Shown here piece after piece: positions 60,405 through 64,000 of a DNA stretch of 64,000 nt. The DNA lies in NCBI GenBank assembly GCA_002269645.1, contig NIVC01002437.1, positions 109,805 through 173,804 of the forward strand. Direction: 5' to 3'. The number at the start of each line of letters is the position of its first letter. The first letter of the stretch is position 1. The position numbers and the translations under genes were made by a program. Under the pieces are notes generated by a model, which saw only the letters and a program-made list of their open reading frames with translations, had not been told where the DNA came from and did not search any database. Source of the stretch: Macrostomum lignano (lineage: Eukaryota).

Positions 60405-63400
60405 ATCAGATTCGTTCTTGTCTTCCATGAGATTCGTCTCTTAGCTTCCATCAGATTCGTCTCTTAGCTTCCATCAGATTCGTCTCTTAGCTTCCATTAG
60501 ATTCGTCTTCTAGCTTCCATGAGATTCGTCTCTTAGAAGTTAGCTTCCATCAGATTCGTTTCTTAGCTTCCATGAGATTCGTCTCTTAGCTTCCATTAGA
60601 TTCGTCTCTTAGCTTCCATCAGATTCGTTCTTGTCTTCCATGAGATTCGTCTCTTAGCTTCCATCAGATTCGTCTCTTAGCTTCCATCAGATTCGTCTCT
60701 TAGCTTCCATCAGATTCGTTCTTGTCTTCCATGAGATTCGTCTCTTAGCTTCCATCAGATTCGTCTCTTAGCTTCCATCAGATTCGTCTCTTAGCTTCCA
60801 TGAGATTCGTCTCTTAGCTTCCATCAGATTCGTTTCTTAGCTTCCATTAGATTCGTCTTCTAGCTTCCATGAGATTCGTCTCTTAGAAGTTAGCTTCCAT
60901 CAGATTCGTTTCTTAGCTTCCATGAGATTCGTCTCTTAGCTTCCATTAGATTCGTCTCTTAGCTTCCATCAGATTCGTCTCTTAGCTTCCATCAGATTCG
61001 TTTCTTAGCTTCCATTAGATTCGTCTCTTAGCTTCCATCAGATTCGTCTCTTAGCTTCCATCAGATTCGTCTCTTAGCTTCCATCAGATTCGTTTCTTAG
61101 CTTCCATGAGATTCGTCTCTTAGCTTCCATTAGATTCGTCTCTTAGCTTCCATCAGATTCGTCTCTTAGCTTCCATCAGATTCGTCTCTTAGCTTCCATC
61201 AGATTCGTTTCTTAGCTTCCATGAGATTCGTCTCTTAGCTTCCATCAGATTCGTTTCGTAGCGTCCATTAGATTCGTCTCTTAGCTTCCATCAGATTCGT
61301 CTCTAAGCTTCCATCAGATTCGTTTCTTAGCTTCCATGAGATTCGTCTCTTAGCTTCCATCAGATTCGTTTCTTAGCTTCCATTAGATTCGTCTTCTAGC
61401 TTCCATGAGATTCGTCTCTTAGAAGTTAGCTTCCATCAGATTCGTTTCTAAGCTTCCATGAGATTCGTCTCTTAGCTTCCATTAGATTCGTCTCTTAGCT
61501 TCCATCAGATTCGTTCTTGTCTTCCATGAGATTCGTCTCTTAGCTTCCATCAGATTCGTCTCTTAGCTTCCATCAGATTCGTCTCTTAGCTTCCATGAGA
61601 TTCGTCTCTTAGCTTCCATCAGATTCGTTTCTTAGCTTCCATTAGATTCGTCTTCTAGCTTCCATGAGATTCGTCTCTTAGAAGTTAGCTTCCATCAGAT
61701 TCGTTTCTTAGCTTCCATGAGATTCGTCTCTTAGCTTCCATTAGATTCGTCTCTTAGCTTCCATCAGATTCGTCTCTTAGCTTCCATCAGATTCGTTTCT
61801 TAGCTTCCATTAGATTCGTCTCTTAGCTTCCATCAGATTCGTCTCTTAGCTTCCATCAGATTCGTCTTCTAGCTTCCATGAGATTCGTCTCTTAGAAGTT
61901 AGCTTCCATCAGATTCGTTTCTTAGCTTCCATGAGATTCGTCTCTTAGCTTCCATTAGATTCGTCTCTTAGCTTCCATCAGATTCGTCTCTTAGCTTCCA
62001 TCAGATTCGTTTCTTAGCTTCCATTAGATTCGTCTCTTAGCTTCCATCAGATTCGTCTCTTAGCTTCCATCAGATTCGTCTCTTAGCTTCCATCAGATTC
62101 GTTTCTTAGCTTCCATGAGATTCGTCTCTTAGCTTCCATTAGATTCGTCTCTTAGCTTCCATCAGATTCGTCTCTTAGCTTCCATGAGATTCGTCTCTTA
62201 GAAGTTAGCTTCCATCAGATTCGTTCTTAGCTTCCATGAGATTCGTCTCTTAGCTTCCATTAGATTCGTCTCTTAGCTTCCATCAGATTCGTTCTTGTCT
62301 TCCATGAGATTCGTCTCTTAGCTTCCATCAGATTCGTCTCTTAGCTTCCATCAGATTCGTCTCTTAGCTTCCATGAGATTCGTCTCTTAGCTTCCATCAG
62401 ATTCGTTTCTTAGCTTCCATTAGATTCGTCTTCTAGCTTCCATGAGATTCGTCTCTTAGAAGTTAGCTTCCATCAGATTCGTTTCTTAGCTTCCATGAGA
62501 TTCGTCTCTTAGCTTCCATTAGATTCGTCTCTTAGCTTCCATCAGATTCGTCTCTTAGCTTCCATCAGATTCGTTCTTAGCTTCCATTAGATTCGTCTCT
62601 TAGCTTCCATCAGATTCGTCTCTTAGCTTCCATCAGATTCGTCTCTTAGCTTCCATCAGATTCGTTTCTTAGCTTCCATGAGATTCGTCTCTTAGCTTCC
62701 ATTAGATTCGTCTCTTAGCTTCCATCAGATTCGTCTCTTAGCTTCCATCAGATTCGTCTCTTAGCTTCCATCAGATTCGTTTCTTAGCTTCCATGAGATT
62801 CGTCTCTTAGCTTCCATCAGATTCGTTTCGTAGCGTCCATTAGATTCGTCTCTTAGCTTCCATCAGATTCGTCTCTTAGCTTCCATCAGATTCGTTTCTT
62901 AGCTTCCATGAGATTCGTCTCTTAGCTTCCATCAGATTCGTCTCTTAGCTTCCATCAGATTCGTTTCTTAGCTTCCATGAGATTCGTCTCTTAGCTTCCA
63001 TCAGATTCGTCTCTTAGCTTCCATCAGATTCGTTTCTTAGCTTCCATTAGATTCGTCTTCTAGCTTCCATGAGATTCGTCTCTTAGAAGTTAGCTTCCAT
63101 CAGATTCGTCTCTTAGCTTCCATCAGATTCGTCTCTTAGCTTCCATCAGATTCGTTTCTTAGCTTCCATGAGATTCGTCTCTTAGCTTCCATTAGATTCG
63201 TCTCTTAGCTTCCATCAGATTCGTCTCTTAGCTTCCATCAGATTCGTCTCTTAGCTTCCATCAGATTCGTTTCTTAGCTTCCATGAGATTCGTCTCTTAG
63301 CTTCCATCAGATTCGTTTCGTAGCGTCCATTAGATTCGTCTCTTAGCTTCCATCAGATTCGTCTCTTAGCTTCCATCAGATTCGTTTCGTAGCGTCCATG

Positions 63401-63965
63401 AGATTCGTCTCTTAGCTTCCATCAGATTCGTCTCTTAGCTTCCATCAGATTCGTTTCTTAGCTTCCATGAGATTCATCTCTTAGCTTCCATCAGATTCGT
63501 CTCTTAGCTTCCATCAGATTCGTTTCTTAGCTTCCATGAGATTCGTCTCTTAGCTTCCATCAGATTCGTTTCGTAGCGTCCATTAGATTCGTCTCTTAGC
63601 TTCCATCAGATTCGTCTCTTAGCTTCCATCAGATTCGTTTCTTAGCTTCCATGAGATTCGTCTCTTAGCTTCCATCAGATTCGTCTCTTAGCTTCCATCA
63701 GATTCGTTTCTTAGCTTCCATGAGATTCGTCTCTTAGCTTCCATCAGATTCGTCTCTTAGCTTCCATCAGATTCGTTTCTTAGCTTTCATTAGATTCGTT
63801 TCGTAGCGTCCATGAGATTCGTTTCTTATCTGATCAGATTCGTTTTTCAGCTTCCATGAGATTAGTTTCTTATCTTCCATGAGATTTGTTTGCTACCTTG
63901 CATGAGATTCGTTTCTTATCTGATGAGATTCGTTTCTTAGCTTCCATGAGATTGTTTGATATCTG
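60405..63965. repeat. 23-bp minisatellite (AGCTTCCATCAGATTCGTCTCTT), ~3.5 kb, RNF123 intron 4
   Basis: Direct; recurring variant patterns, degenerating at the 3' end. Confidence 0.96.
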
Positions 63966-64000
63966 AAGAGATTTGTTTCTTATCTACAGTTAGTACAATC

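Overview
This is repeat-rich invertebrate genomic DNA; the GC-rich exons and minisatellite-packed introns resemble the flatworm Macrostomum, which is an inference only. Four spliced genes could be reconstructed by hand with frame-consistent splice junctions. (1) A 9-exon nicotinic acetylcholine receptor alpha-type subunit (+, 1083-21063) with a cation-type pore but substitutions at agonist-site and gating residues. (2) An 11-exon PGAP1 GPI inositol-deacylase (-, 53261-26983). (3) A 4-exon DMRT2/dmrt11E-type DM-domain transcription factor (+, 38730-48333) nested antisense in, and almost exactly filling, PGAP1 intron 5. (4) The first four coding exons of RNF123/KPC1 (+, 59320-60338, continuing beyond the window). 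Mobile DNA includes an intact Mag-like Ty3/Gypsy element with LTRs identical on my reading inside the dmrt intron, a full-length DD37D (maT) Tc1/mariner transposon, and a Merlin-like MITE nested in a foldback element. About 30 tandem arrays explain most of the long ORFs in the ORF track, which are artefacts. I found no CRISPR array, rRNA or convincing tRNA gene. The best leads are the nested dmrt locus with a YY1/Pho-like motif array in intron 1, the atypical receptor, and the young, possibly active transposons.
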